A stretch of 64,000 bases of DNA from a virus (Duplodnaviria > Caudoviricetes), in the IMG/VR virus record IMGVR_UViG_3300031466_000001, positions 32,001 to 96,000 of that record, one strand, 5' to 3'. The position numbers and the translations under genes were made by a program. The notes below the pieces were generated by a model, which was not told where the DNA came from, did not search any database, and saw nothing but the letters and a program-made list of their open reading frames with translations. Positions 38,604 through 48,544 of the stretch are shown here, in pieces (the stretch's first letter is position 1; the number at the start of each line of letters is the position of its first letter).

Positions 38604-39284
38604 TTATTTTTGAACCTCAGGTAAAAGATATTTACCCGGAGCAAATACATGGGTTGCCTGAATACTAGTGTCACAATATAGTTTATAGCCGGCTTTTTGC
38701 GCCTCTTCACAGAATACATAGTCTTCCCCATATGTTTCATTAAGTCCATAACGCACACCGGCTTCAATAACATCTCGACGAATTATGTAAACTGCACCGG
38801 TTGTATCCACTTCTAATATTCCAGATCTGAGATTTTTTGGCTGTCTACCTTTAATTAAGATATTGTGCGCATAAATAACATCAGAATTTTTAATTAATGC
38901 AGAAATAATAGCTTTTCCAGACATAATGAGATCAATAATAGTAGTTGGACTATCGAGTATGATATCACTATCTATAGAGAATGCGTATTCACAATCAGAT
39001 TTGAGGAATTCCTCAAGAAATACATTGCGAACTGTCGCAAGATCTTCGAAAGAATAATGACCTCTTGTCCATTGTTTTCTGGGATGTTCGATATCATGAA
39101 CTACATAATTAATCCCGTTCTTTTTAAGAATCATTTCCGTATCGTCAGTGCTGTTATTCAATACATAGCAATATTTTGGAATGATTCCTTGTTGTTTGAA
39201 GAGTGAGTCTAAATGCTCTTGGAAGACCCACCCTCTATTACGAACAGGACCGCCAATGAAGACTTTATACATGGGATACACCAA
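38604..39284 (-). CDS. GT-A (GT2-like) glycosyltransferase
   Basis: GGPVRNR, NNSTDDT, FSIDSD (DxD), TGAVYII, GEDYVFC. Confidence 0.85.
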   Translation of the reverse strand: MVYPMYKVFIGGPVRNRGWVFQEHLDSLFKQQGIIPKYCYVLNNSTDDTEMILKKNGINYVVHDIEHPRKQWTRGHYSFEDLATVRNVFLEEFLKSDCEYAFSIDSDIILDSPTTIIDLIMSGKAIISALIKNSDVIYAHNILIKGRQPKNLRSGILEVDTTGAVYIIRRDVIEAGVRYGLNETYGEDYVFCEEAQKAGYKLYCDTSIQATHVFAPGKYLLPEVQK

Positions 39285-39390
39285 CCTCGCCCCGTTTAAG
39301 TATAATTATAGGTTTGTACGTTTATTAACGATTTATATTTTAACAAAAAAAAGAGACTATGATAGGAATAGCTATCATAGTCCCTTTTTG

Positions 39391-40197
39391 TTAAGACATA
39401 TAGTTATCAATGTCGTCGAGGTTAGCTAATGTAGCAGTAGGAGCTTCATAGCTACTTTCTCCACGGGAGGGCGATTGATTCACATGGCTAGTAAATACTC
39501 CACCTCCACCACTATTGCGACCATAACCATAACGTTGTTGGCTAGGTACGCCAACTTTGGTGGCGATATCTTCAATTCTTCCCATGAGTTTATCACGGAA
39601 GAATTTGTTTACGAAGCGATCCGCATGAACGGTGGAATTGGACAAACCAATTTTAGCAGCCTTGAGTACTTCATAGAAGGTAATGAACTCACTCTGAATA
39701 TTTTGAGTGATTTCAAATTCACCTTTTTCTGCATCATAGTTATCCACCGTATATGAAGTACGGAAATTATATTTGATAAACTCCTTAGGAAGCATGGTCT
39801 TCTCATCCAGACCTTTGAAAATAGCGAAATATACAACTGGAGTATCATCCTCAATTTGTACACCGACACCAACCAGGGTGTCACCACCAACGGGAACACC
39901 TTTAAAGATCTTCTTCTTGTTTTCAATAGCCGGAAGAATGTGTTCCTCGATTTGTTTGATGATTACAAGCAACTTTTCAAGAGTAATAGCAGTCGAGATG
40001 ACTTTCGAATAATCGAAAAATTCATTTTCCGACCGTTTCGATTCATCCAACGGAGGATGAAGTTTAATGGAAAGAAGTGAATTCCAGTAACCAATAACCA
40101 TTGTCGACGGGGAAGACCCCTGGCTATTTTTGAATTGAATTGCGGTAGTGTTTATGTTGACTTGTTCACGGTTGTTTGAATTCGATTGAAGATTCAT
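39391..40197 (-). CDS. Conserved hypothetical protein, possible ssDNA-binding protein
   Basis: Beta-rich N-terminus, G/S-rich linker, acidic C-terminal tip (LDDIDNYMS); function is inference. Confidence 0.4.
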   Translation of the reverse strand: MNLQSNSNNREQVNINTTAIQFKNSQGSSPSTMVIGYWNSLLSIKLHPPLDESKRSENEFFDYSKVISTAITLEKLLVIIKQIEEHILPAIENKKKIFKGVPVGGDTLVGVGVQIEDDTPVVYFAIFKGLDEKTMLPKEFIKYNFRTSYTVDNYDAEKGEFEITQNIQSEFITFYEVLKAAKIGLSNSTVHADRFVNKFFRDKLMGRIEDIATKVGVPSQQRYGYGRNSGGGGVFTSHVNQSPSRGESSYEAPTATLANLDDIDNYMS

Positions 40198-40260
40198 CTG
40201 GTTAGCCTCCTATATTTTTTTAATTATTATAAAGTTTTAAATATAGTATATTATTATTAT

Positions 40261-40558
40261 TTATGGCGACAATTTTCCCTTATTCTTCCTATTTGGTAGA
40301 TATGGATAGAGCTTTGTCCAATCGTCATCTAAAACGTTCTCAACCCATCTCTCACAAACAAGGGTGCTTGTTATCCATTGAAGGACAATCTTCTTTCAAT
40401 TCCCCACTTTTATATGCATCAATTACTTCAAGTGCGATATATTTTTTAATACTGTCGAAGTGTTTATCCATGTCAATTCCTTTTTCCAATGCGGCAATAC
40501 GTTCTTCTTGATATTGTCTACACAGTTGAATAATACGTTTTAATCTATCAGGTTTCAT
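40261..40558 (-). pseudogene. Small hypothetical gene with apparent 1-nt frameshift
   Basis: MKPDRL...GELKE stops at 40352, while the +1 frame continues IVLQWITSTLVCERWVENVLDDDW...LSP* to 40261. Confidence 0.45.
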
Positions 40559-40624
40559 GTAATGTCACCTCTTTATTTTAGAAAAATTATTAAAATAAAG
40601 GAATTTTAAAAAGCCCAAGAGTGT

Positions 40625-41080
40625 TTACCTCTTGGGCTTTTTATTCATCTTTCTAAGTCGTTTTTCGAGTTCCCTACGTTGCTTGCGATTCATAAATGGA
40701 ATAACATTCCCGGCATCATTTACAATATCTCCGCCTGGAATCGAGTCAGCCACAAATGAATTATCGTGCGCTATACCATACATTGATGCAGCTTGATTTT
40801 TTCTAATATTTCTAGCCATGAATTCAGGCATCTGAATATCATTCCTAGAAATAATTTTGCTCTCTTTTAATACTCTTTTATTGATTTCCCTCATGGCTTC
40901 ATTATCTTCCAGTTCGGAAATATTTTCTACGGTATCATTATGAATTTTTACTTGAGTTTTAAGATATTCTCCCATGTCAGTCTCAAGTTCTTCTTTGGAC
41001 AAATTTTCATCAGCCAATCTTTTTTCAATTTCTTCCCGCATGAGTTCTTGTTTATCGATAGACATTTTTATCCTCCTCAC
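40625..41080 (-). CDS. Hypothetical protein
   Basis: RBS GAGGAGG; C-terminal MNRKQRR motif. Confidence 0.6.
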   Translation of the reverse strand: MRRIKMSIDKQELMREEIEKRLADENLSKEELETDMGEYLKTQVKIHNDTVENISELEDNEAMREINKRVLKESKIISRNDIQMPEFMARNIRKNQAASMYGIAHDNSFVADSIPGGDIVNDAGNVIPFMNRKQRRELEKRLRKMNKKPKR

Positions 41081-41104
41081 GGTTATTATAGAGAATAAAA
41101 AATG

Positions 41105-41407
41105 CTATTTTCTGACATCCTTAATTTTAAATCTCTCTATCGATTCATTGTAATCCCTCTGCATTATACGCTTTATCCAAAATTTGTACGGCCACGGGAA
41201 GATATTGACAGGTTCCCCATTTTTCATGAATGCTCGTTCTTGAATTAAAAACGTATGATTTAGGATGTAATCGTATCTGTGATAAAAATTAAGAGCATCC
41301 CATTCACTTTCGAATATATATGTGGCTTCGGTATATTTGTCAAATTTAATATATACTTCCCAGATATCGGGTTTTTTCTTAAAAAAACTGAAGATTCTTT
41401 TTATCAT
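41105..41407 (-). CDS. Hypothetical protein
   Basis: RBS AGAGGT before MIKRIF. Confidence 0.55.
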   Translation of the reverse strand: MIKRIFSFFKKKPDIWEVYIKFDKYTEATYIFESEWDALNFYHRYDYILNHTFLIQERAFMKNGEPVNIFPWPYKFWIKRIMQRDYNESIERFKIKDVRK

Positions 41408-41537
41408 ATATTTAACCTCTTTCTTGGATTCCTCCTCTTGAATAGGAAAAATAAAGGAATTTAAGACAATGTATATTGAAAAATTAATTTTATCGATGTA
41501 AACATACCAAACCAATCATCAATTATTTTTTTTATTA

Positions 41538-43484
41538 CTAAACTTTCAGAATGTTGCTGATATATTCTCTCTTGCTACTTCTTATAGTTTGAATACCGAG
41601 AGACTCCAATACTGAATAGAATCTCTTGAGATTGTCTGTCACAATTGTCCGATAGTCAATGAATGGAATAATCCAGTCTGGAATCTTTTTAACGTTTCGA
41701 GGCAATGCAATCACTTGCACACCTTTTTCTGCAATTTTCTTTTCTTTATTATTTAATATTTTCTCAACGATGATCCCGTAGTGTTCCGGACTAACGGCCT
41801 TAACCTTTTCAATTTCTGTCGGAGTTGCAAGTTTAACTTTAATGAGGTCAGGTTTTTCAGGTAATTCAATAATATTGACCGGATACAAATAGTTCCAAGC
41901 AATTACAGCTCTGACCCCTTGCATTCTCAAAGGATCGGCATATGATTCAAGTTCCTTAACCGATGTCGGGATAAGGAAACTTTTTTCGCCATTTTTCAGA
42001 GAGTTAATGATAATCTCTTCAAATTTCTCAAGATCTCTCAGAATTTCACCAACGTTAATCTTATTGGCTTTCAAGATTCTTTCTTCAATAATTTTAGTGA
42101 AATATTCTTTGGTTTCTTCCCTGGTTGTAGACTTAATGAAGTCCATACCTTTGATCTCGGTTTTCTCAGGGAATATTTCTTTACCTTCACGAAGTCTGAC
42201 GCTTGCAAAATATCTTTTCTTCTTAGTCGACAAAACAATCCGGCTAAGAAGATATTCGTTTTTCATATTAATCTTAGGACGATATTCTTTGGGAATATTT
42301 GCCGTCTTCGTATATTTCTCAAGAACTTCGGTAATCATATTTGTCAAGATATAACACATCGTGTTGATAGCAATAAATCTAAGTTGTTGATAATCTCTCG
42401 ACGCGAGATGATTGTGAGGTTTAATTACGAAATTAAACATGAACTCGACCCAAGGATTGAGATTCAAAAAGTTCGAGTCTGTATCAACAATTATGACAGT
42501 CTTACGTCTAACGTTTTTCAAACGTTGAATTCTGTCAAAAGAAGGATAATTGTAGAATACAAACTCTTTATAGAAATCCCAGAGATCTTCAAGATTAAAC
42601 TTAATAGATTCGGGAATTTTATTCGGATTCTTGAATTCCTCAACGTTTTCTACAATCTTAACGAGTTTAGTACGAATTTTCGGCAAATAAGAAAACTCGT
42701 AAAGATTGTTTTTGAAATATGCTCGCTTGATATATTCGTCGGATTGATTATTCAGATAGTTAATGAGAAGAGGTTCATATTCTTCTCTATATTCATAAAA
42801 CATTCCTCTCAGTCGATTAAGAATTTTATCTACTGAGATAAAGGGTAGGAAAGAAGCATCCAGCTCATAATCTTCTTTCCGAATATTTTCCAAGAAATTC
42901 ATACAGTCATCCAAATCGATAAACGGTGTGTTGTTGGACATGAATGCTTCAAACGCTTGTTGTGTAGTACTTATAAGAGATTGACCCGCAGCGGTTACAC
43001 TGGTTGCAGTATAAAGATTGAAAAAGTTTGATGTCTCTGCACCAGATGCACCATAATAACTATTCGAATTAACTTTTTCTGTCATTTGAAGTCTGTCGAA
43101 AGTTTGATATTCGTAACTACCTTCTTTATGATTGGCCAATTGAGATTTATACTCTTTCCGGAGAGCCATGAATTTCTCCAACATCACAGCCGCCGGATTC
43201 AACGCTTGCCCTTGATCCTTAAAGAACACACCAAAACCACCCATAACGGGGTTGGTGCGCTCGATCCAATTGACCACACTCAGCAAATCATCACTAACCG
43301 ACTTGTGGATGTAGTTATTATGGATTTCAACTTTAGGGTTAACCAAAGTTTCATCGATAATACTGTCGAGAAATTTATTCAATTCTTTTTTATCTAAGTC
43401 GGGATACATCTGCATCAAAATATTTCTTTGATGTTTTCTCCATTCTTTAAGAAAAGTGTACCTATCTACGAGTTTGTTACCCAT
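41538..43484 (-). CDS. Family B DNA polymerase, polymerase-domain subunit of a split enzyme
   Basis: KVNSNSYYG (motif B), IVDTDSNF (motif C), KKRY, EIKGMDFIKS; exonuclease domain and motif A not evident. Confidence 0.85.
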   Translation of the reverse strand: MGNKLVDRYTFLKEWRKHQRNILMQMYPDLDKKELNKFLDSIIDETLVNPKVEIHNNYIHKSVSDDLLSVVNWIERTNPVMGGFGVFFKDQGQALNPAAVMLEKFMALRKEYKSQLANHKEGSYEYQTFDRLQMTEKVNSNSYYGASGAETSNFFNLYTATSVTAAGQSLISTTQQAFEAFMSNNTPFIDLDDCMNFLENIRKEDYELDASFLPFISVDKILNRLRGMFYEYREEYEPLLINYLNNQSDEYIKRAYFKNNLYEFSYLPKIRTKLVKIVENVEEFKNPNKIPESIKFNLEDLWDFYKEFVFYNYPSFDRIQRLKNVRRKTVIIVDTDSNFLNLNPWVEFMFNFVIKPHNHLASRDYQQLRFIAINTMCYILTNMITEVLEKYTKTANIPKEYRPKINMKNEYLLSRIVLSTKKKRYFASVRLREGKEIFPEKTEIKGMDFIKSTTREETKEYFTKIIEERILKANKINVGEILRDLEKFEEIIINSLKNGEKSFLIPTSVKELESYADPLRMQGVRAVIAWNYLYPVNIIELPEKPDLIKVKLATPTEIEKVKAVSPEHYGIIVEKILNNKEKKIAEKGVQVIALPRNVKKIPDWIIPFIDYRTIVTDNLKRFYSVLESLGIQTIRSSKREYISNILKV

Positions 43485-43495
43485 AACCAGCCCTC

Positions 43496-43864
43496 CTATC
43501 TTATAGTACAAATAACTTGATACGCGTCTCTATATTTTATATCTGAAACTTTCTTACTTTGCTTTTCTACTATTTTTAATTCAGGAATATTGTTATTTAT
43601 AAATTTAATAATTCTCTCTATATGCTGCATGTTCTTTTGGTAGCCATATAGCGTAAACCAACTCTTTGTATCTTCTTTGAAAATATCTTTTAAAGGAAGA
43701 GGTAATGTGGTGTCTAATGAGTGTAATAAATCATCAAGAATTGATATCTCCTTTTTAACACTATTCTTTTTATATTCATTTTCAAGATACTTATCGATTA
43801 CCACAAATAACCCATACATTTTATTTTTATATTTTAACTTCAAAGCGATAATACATAAATTCAT
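43496..43864 (-). CDS. Hypothetical early protein
   Basis: Early promoter 43916-43924; 'SWFTLYG' motif. Confidence 0.55.
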   Translation of the reverse strand: MNLCIIALKLKYKNKMYGLFVVIDKYLENEYKKNSVKKEISILDDLLHSLDTTLPLPLKDIFKEDTKSWFTLYGYQKNMQHIERIIKFINNNIPELKIVEKQSKKVSDIKYRDAYQVICTIR

Positions 43865-43993
43865 CCTTCCTTATTTTTTTAAAGTTTATTTTTTCTTCTC
43901 AATTGTGTCTGATCTATAATATATATTTAGATTCCTGCTTAGTAAACTGTTAAAAAGAACATTAAAAATCATGTTCTTCAAAAAACTCATACG

Positions 43994-44005
43994 AACATTA
44001 AGGTA
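43994..44005 (+). promoter_or_regulatory. Late promoter AACA-N6-TA
   Basis: AACA ttaagg TA. Confidence 0.75.
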
Positions 44006-44031
44006 AAAAAATGAGGAAAGGGATGAATCTA

Positions 44032-44556
44032 ATGGCTAAATCGCTTCTTTTCGGCTCTACCGGTCAACCCGTAGCCGACAATGACGATGTTGAACTCGGT
44101 CTTGAATCTGAAGCCCTCATCATGGAGGCTGCTCTTCTGGAGAATCTGAATCCAGAAGAACTCGACGAATTTATCTCCGATCACAATGAAGTAAATGCTG
44201 CATATCAAGATGAAGTCTTGCTTGAAAAATCTATTGTGCGTCTGGACCGCAATGCACGTTTGTCGCAGGCGCAAAAAGTGGCTGTCTTCACGATTGCAAA
44301 ACAGAAGAACGACCCTATGTTCCGTAAGTTGTTGACGGTATGGCGCATGGAACGCTACCTGGAAGCTGAGCTCTTTAAGAAGTACGGCAATCAGGCTATG
44401 CGTCTTGCTCGCCAAACTGTCAGCAAGGCATCAAAATCGCGTTCGTCGACTGTTAAGAAGGTTGCTCAACGTGCACAGAGTCAATTCAACAAGCCGATTG
44501 CTCCGAAACGAATGACGCAAATGCCGAGCGTAATTGTACCCAATAGTTTCAAATAA
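44032..44556 (+). CDS. Probable internal head protein (acidic propeptide + basic mature domain)
   Basis: SLLFG motif, acidic N-half ending VLLE/K, K/R-rich C-half. Confidence 0.6.
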   Translation: MAKSLLFGSTGQPVADNDDVELGLESEALIMEAALLENLNPEELDEFISDHNEVNAAYQDEVLLEKSIVRLDRNARLSQAQKVAVFTIAKQKNDPMFRKLLTVWRMERYLEAELFKKYGNQAMRLARQTVSKASKSRSSTVKKVAQRAQSQFNKPIAPKRMTQMPSVIVPNSFK

Positions 44557-44611
44557 AAAAAATAAATCCCTGAATAGGCTAAAACCTATTCAGGGATTTT
44601 AATGTCTTAGT

Positions 44612-45370
44612 TTATGTAAGATTCATTTTCATGAAGTCGTTGTTGATGCGATCGAGAAATATTTTTCTCATTTTTCTCTCACGATCTTCTGTGTAAATTC
44701 TGTCGTAGATCTTTCTGCCATTTTCATCAACAGGGAGTTTTTCAAAAGCGACCATGATGTTACAGAGGTTCTCGAATGGAATCTCATCGATTCTTTCCCT
44801 GACTACGTCATACATATCATCCCGCATGAATGCAATTTTCATGATGTTGAATTTATACGGGGAGATGTGTTTGGCTACGAAATCCCGACTAAAATATGTG
44901 ATACATTCATTGATAATTTCCGTAGTCTCATTCTCCCATCCCTGATCACTGTTAGAAAAATTATCTGTACCGATTTTTTTGACAGCATCGTCAAGAAGGG
45001 AGAACAGTTCGCCGAAAACAATATCATACGCCCTACTACTATAATTACAAATAAAAAATTGTCGCACCAGATCGTCAGAACTACCAGGCTCACCACTGAA
45101 CATACGAACTTGTTCGATAAGGATCTCCGAAGCAATGTGGAAAGCATTTTCGATGATGATATCTTCTGTTACTTCATTGAACGTAAGAAGATCTTTGAGA
45201 TTGAGTTTGGTAAAATTCTTTCTAATGAAATCCATGGGAAGACGGAACGAACTCAGAACGAGATAGCCGTATTCTTCTGGGGTCCCATTGAATTTTTCGG
45301 GCATAATCTCTTTCAGAGATTCTTGATTGAAAGAACCGTCTTCGTTGAAAAACCCTTTAAGTGCTTCCAT
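44612..45370 (-). CDS. Hypothetical early protein
   Basis: RBS GGAGGT; variant early motif at 45417-45425. Confidence 0.6.
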   Translation of the reverse strand: MEALKGFFNEDGSFNQESLKEIMPEKFNGTPEEYGYLVLSSFRLPMDFIRKNFTKLNLKDLLTFNEVTEDIIIENAFHIASEILIEQVRMFSGEPGSSDDLVRQFFICNYSSRAYDIVFGELFSLLDDAVKKIGTDNFSNSDQGWENETTEIINECITYFSRDFVAKHISPYKFNIMKIAFMRDDMYDVVRERIDEIPFENLCNIMVAFEKLPVDENGRKIYDRIYTEDRERKMRKIFLDRINNDFMKMNLT

Positions 45371-45492
45371 TGATAGTCTCTACCTCCATACATGATTTTT
45401 ATTTATTACCGTATTTATAATATGTATTTAAAAGAAATTAGTAAACCAATATGTCAATTTCTATGATCCGATTAATCTATCGTTGTTCAATT

Positions 45493-45563
45493 ATATATTA
45501 TAAGGGTGTTAAAGAGGAGATGGTGGATAAGTAGAAAAATACTATCCAGTTAACAAATTAGTG
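45493..45563 (+). promoter_or_regulatory. Tandem early (45493-45501) and late (45552-45563) promoters
   Basis: ATATATTAT and AACA aattag TG upstream of beta'C. Confidence 0.6.
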
Positions 45564-45594
45564 AGAGATATAATAAATAGGAGGTTGGGATTGG

Positions 45595-47604
45595 ATGATA
45601 GTGCAACCTGGTTTAACAGAAGAAGCAAAGAAAACAATGGAGTTCCTTTCAAATAATATTTTGATTATTGAAAATCACACAAAGAATAAAAAGTCATATA
45701 ATGAGTTCATTGAGAAGATCTATGATTTCGTTAAACAGGGTTTTGAACATAAAGAGTTCCGAACCCATCCAGTTTACTTTAAATTCTTCAATCGAGAAAA
45801 CGAGTATATTCACACACTTCAACTTAGACATTTTTTGACCAATATAATGATGTGGGAACCGTTGGTAAGATTGGAACGGTTCTCACATATCAACCCTCAT
45901 TACATTGTAGACTGCTCAAAGATATCTGCAAATCTCATTAAGTCATATATTGACAATATGATTATAATTCCATTCAGGAAGCAATTCGACAATAAAAAAT
46001 TGAATAAAGTTATTCACGACATGATTCATAATCTGTCTAGGATTTCGACAGATTTCAATATGATTCTTGGTTTGTCAATTAATGTTGAGACATTCATTCA
46101 AGTTGCAGAAAGAAATCCACGATTCAATGAAATAATCAGAACCAAAATCGATGAAAGTATGCAACCGAAGGAAATTGAGGATTATCTTGATCAACTCATG
46201 AATGAAGAAATTGAAATTTTGAAAACAGAAGATAACTTCCTCAAACCCATTCTGATGGCTGGGACAGGTATAAAGCCAAAGCAGCTTACCGAGTTCTCTA
46301 TTAATGGTGGGTTGAAACCGGACCTCTATGACAACACGATTCCTATTCCGATTAACTCGAACTTCATCGTTGGTGGACTGGGTAATGTAACCAATTATTA
46401 TCTGGATTCCCTTGGCGGTCGTAAGGCTGCCATTATGAATAAGCACGTAATGGGCAAATCAGGACACTTTGCCAGAATGGTTATGCTTCTTGCGTCTGAC
46501 ATTGAATTGAAGAAAAAGGGTGAGGGTGCTCTCGACTGCGGAACTCTCTATACTGTAAAGATAGAGGTGAAAACTCGTGAGCATCTTAAGAAACTTATTG
46601 GACGTTATTATCGTTTCCCTCACACTAGGGAATACAAAGTGATTAAAGCCGAGGATGAACATCTTATCGGCAAAACCATCCTGCTCCGTACGCCTGTAAG
46701 ATGTGCAGGAAAGAAAATCTGTATGAAATGTTACGGGGAACTGTATTACACGAATAAAAACCTCAAGTCTGTAGGTGGTTATGCAGGAACTCAGGTCACA
46801 AACCCACTATCACAAAATATTTTGTCAGCAAAACACTTGCTAACTACACAATCAGAAGAAATAAAATTCAACGAAGAATTTTATAAATTCTTCTCGATAA
46901 ACGTTAATGAAATTTATCTGAACACCGAGAATGAGGATGTTGATATCAACCAATATAGCATGATCATTATGAAGGATAACGTTCAGACAATTGATCAATT
47001 CGATGATAGTGAGTTCAACTCATACATCTTGTTGTTCGAATTGAAAAACCGTAAGACCGGCGAGGTCATCGAGATCCGTGAGCAAAACGGAGGAGAAATG
47101 TATATCTCTGAAGATCTCAAAAGGTTACTGGACAATAACAGATCATCCAGAGACTATTACGAGATTCCATTAAGCAATCTGTCTTTTGACGACAGATTGT
47201 TTGTCATGGAAATTGCAAATAATGAACTTACGAAGCCCCTATATAGCATCATGAACCTTCTTAATAGAAGTGATCATGAAGGATGTACTACTGTGGACGA
47301 GATGGTTCAAAAGTTTCTTGATCTACTTATCGAATCGAAATTCTCAGTAGACTCTGTTCACGCTGAGATTTTGATTAGACCGTTGATTAGGAGTACGAAA
47401 GATATACTTCAACCGCCGAATTATCGAAAATATGTAGAAGGTAACGAATATAGGATCTTGACAGTAGACTCTGCTCTTCAAAACCATCCGTCTGTTCTGA
47501 TCAGTCTGTCGTTCCAGGATCTGAGCAGACAATTGATCAAGCCCATCACATTCAGAAAGAGTGGATCTTCGTTCATCGATCCGTTCTTCAAAGAAAAAAT
47601 TTAA
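45595..47604 (+). CDS. rpoC: Phage RNAP beta' C-terminal subunit (probably non-virion RNAP)
   Basis: Bridge helix GGRKAA...SGHFARM, DCGT, RTPVRC...ICMKCYG zinc site, trigger loop PLSQNILSAKH. Confidence 0.9.
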   Translation: MIVQPGLTEEAKKTMEFLSNNILIIENHTKNKKSYNEFIEKIYDFVKQGFEHKEFRTHPVYFKFFNRENEYIHTLQLRHFLTNIMMWEPLVRLERFSHINPHYIVDCSKISANLIKSYIDNMIIIPFRKQFDNKKLNKVIHDMIHNLSRISTDFNMILGLSINVETFIQVAERNPRFNEIIRTKIDESMQPKEIEDYLDQLMNEEIEILKTEDNFLKPILMAGTGIKPKQLTEFSINGGLKPDLYDNTIPIPINSNFIVGGLGNVTNYYLDSLGGRKAAIMNKHVMGKSGHFARMVMLLASDIELKKKGEGALDCGTLYTVKIEVKTREHLKKLIGRYYRFPHTREYKVIKAEDEHLIGKTILLRTPVRCAGKKICMKCYGELYYTNKNLKSVGGYAGTQVTNPLSQNILSAKHLLTTQSEEIKFNEEFYKFFSINVNEIYLNTENEDVDINQYSMIIMKDNVQTIDQFDDSEFNSYILLFELKNRKTGEVIEIREQNGGEMYISEDLKRLLDNNRSSRDYYEIPLSNLSFDDRLFVMEIANNELTKPLYSIMNLLNRSDHEGCTTVDEMVQKFLDLLIESKFSVDSVHAEILIRPLIRSTKDILQPPNYRKYVEGNEYRILTVDSALQNHPSVLISLSFQDLSRQLIKPITFRKSGSSFIDPFFKEKI

Positions 47605-47717
47605 GAATAATGTCTCGGGTTATCCCGAGACATTATTTTTTTTATTTACATAAACTCAAAGATTTTAAGTATATATTATAATAACGTAATAAATAATAAT
47701 CATATTGGAGGTATTAT

Positions 47718-48248
47718 ATGGAGAAAGTAATGGCAACTGGAATTCCTCTTGGAAAGTGGGCACGTCAAAATGATCCGGGTGATCATAAGTTTAAGCAATA
47801 TTACTGGGATCAGATCAACTTTGTTGCAAATAAAATTGGCCTTCTGTTCTTCGATGATCGACTGACAATCAACGGACTCGGTTTGAGAATAAAAGTAATC
47901 GAGTCTCATGTAGCCAAATCTCTGAGACTCCCAGTATTCTTCTTGGATTTCAAAGATATTTTCGGGGTCGAATTCATACTCGCAAACAATCTCCTCGGAT
48001 GGAGAGTCAGCGTGAATAGTGTTATACCCCTCACTGTCGATTTCTATGATATAGTCGACACCAGAAATAGAAATCATCTGATCTTCGATGCTGGTTATAG
48101 TGAGGATATGGTATATGAATCCCATGAAGATAACAAGTATCGCTTCACTTTCAATTGCTCTGACAGCTTTGACCTCTATGTCGCATTAACCATCATCAGG
48201 AGTCATCTTATCCACACGAATAACTTCATTCCTAAAAAAGCTGGTTGA
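47718..48248 (+). CDS. Hypothetical early protein
   Basis: RBS GGAGG; early promoter 47671-47679. Confidence 0.65.
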   Translation: MEKVMATGIPLGKWARQNDPGDHKFKQYYWDQINFVANKIGLLFFDDRLTINGLGLRIKVIESHVAKSLRLPVFFLDFKDIFGVEFILANNLLGWRVSVNSVIPLTVDFYDIVDTRNRNHLIFDAGYSEDMVYESHEDNKYRFTFNCSDSFDLYVALTIIRSHLIHTNNFIPKKAG

Positions 48249-48261
48249 GGTGATCTATATA

Positions 48262-48432
48262 ATGAATAAAAGAATACGATTTGTAAAACGATACAATCCC
48301 AGTGAATGGACTCCTAAAAAAGAAACTTATGAGGATTATTGTGAACGTCATAGAAAGGCCGGCACGGAACCGTTGAATGAGATTCAATGGAGAAGAACAA
48401 TCGTCGATAGAAATTGGCCTATTTTACACTGA
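48262..48432 (+). CDS. Small hypothetical protein
   Basis: RBS GAGGTG; 56 aa, followed by terminator. Confidence 0.5.
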   Translation: MNKRIRFVKRYNPSEWTPKKETYEDYCERHRKAGTEPLNEIQWRRTIVDRNWPILH

Positions 48433-48544
48433 TCATTAAAAACAAGGATGGATAGAGATAACCATCCTTGTTTTTTTTATTTTTATAAAAACTTTATTAT
48501 AAAGTGATATCTCTTAGTTTTTTTTTGGAGGTGTCTATGATTAT

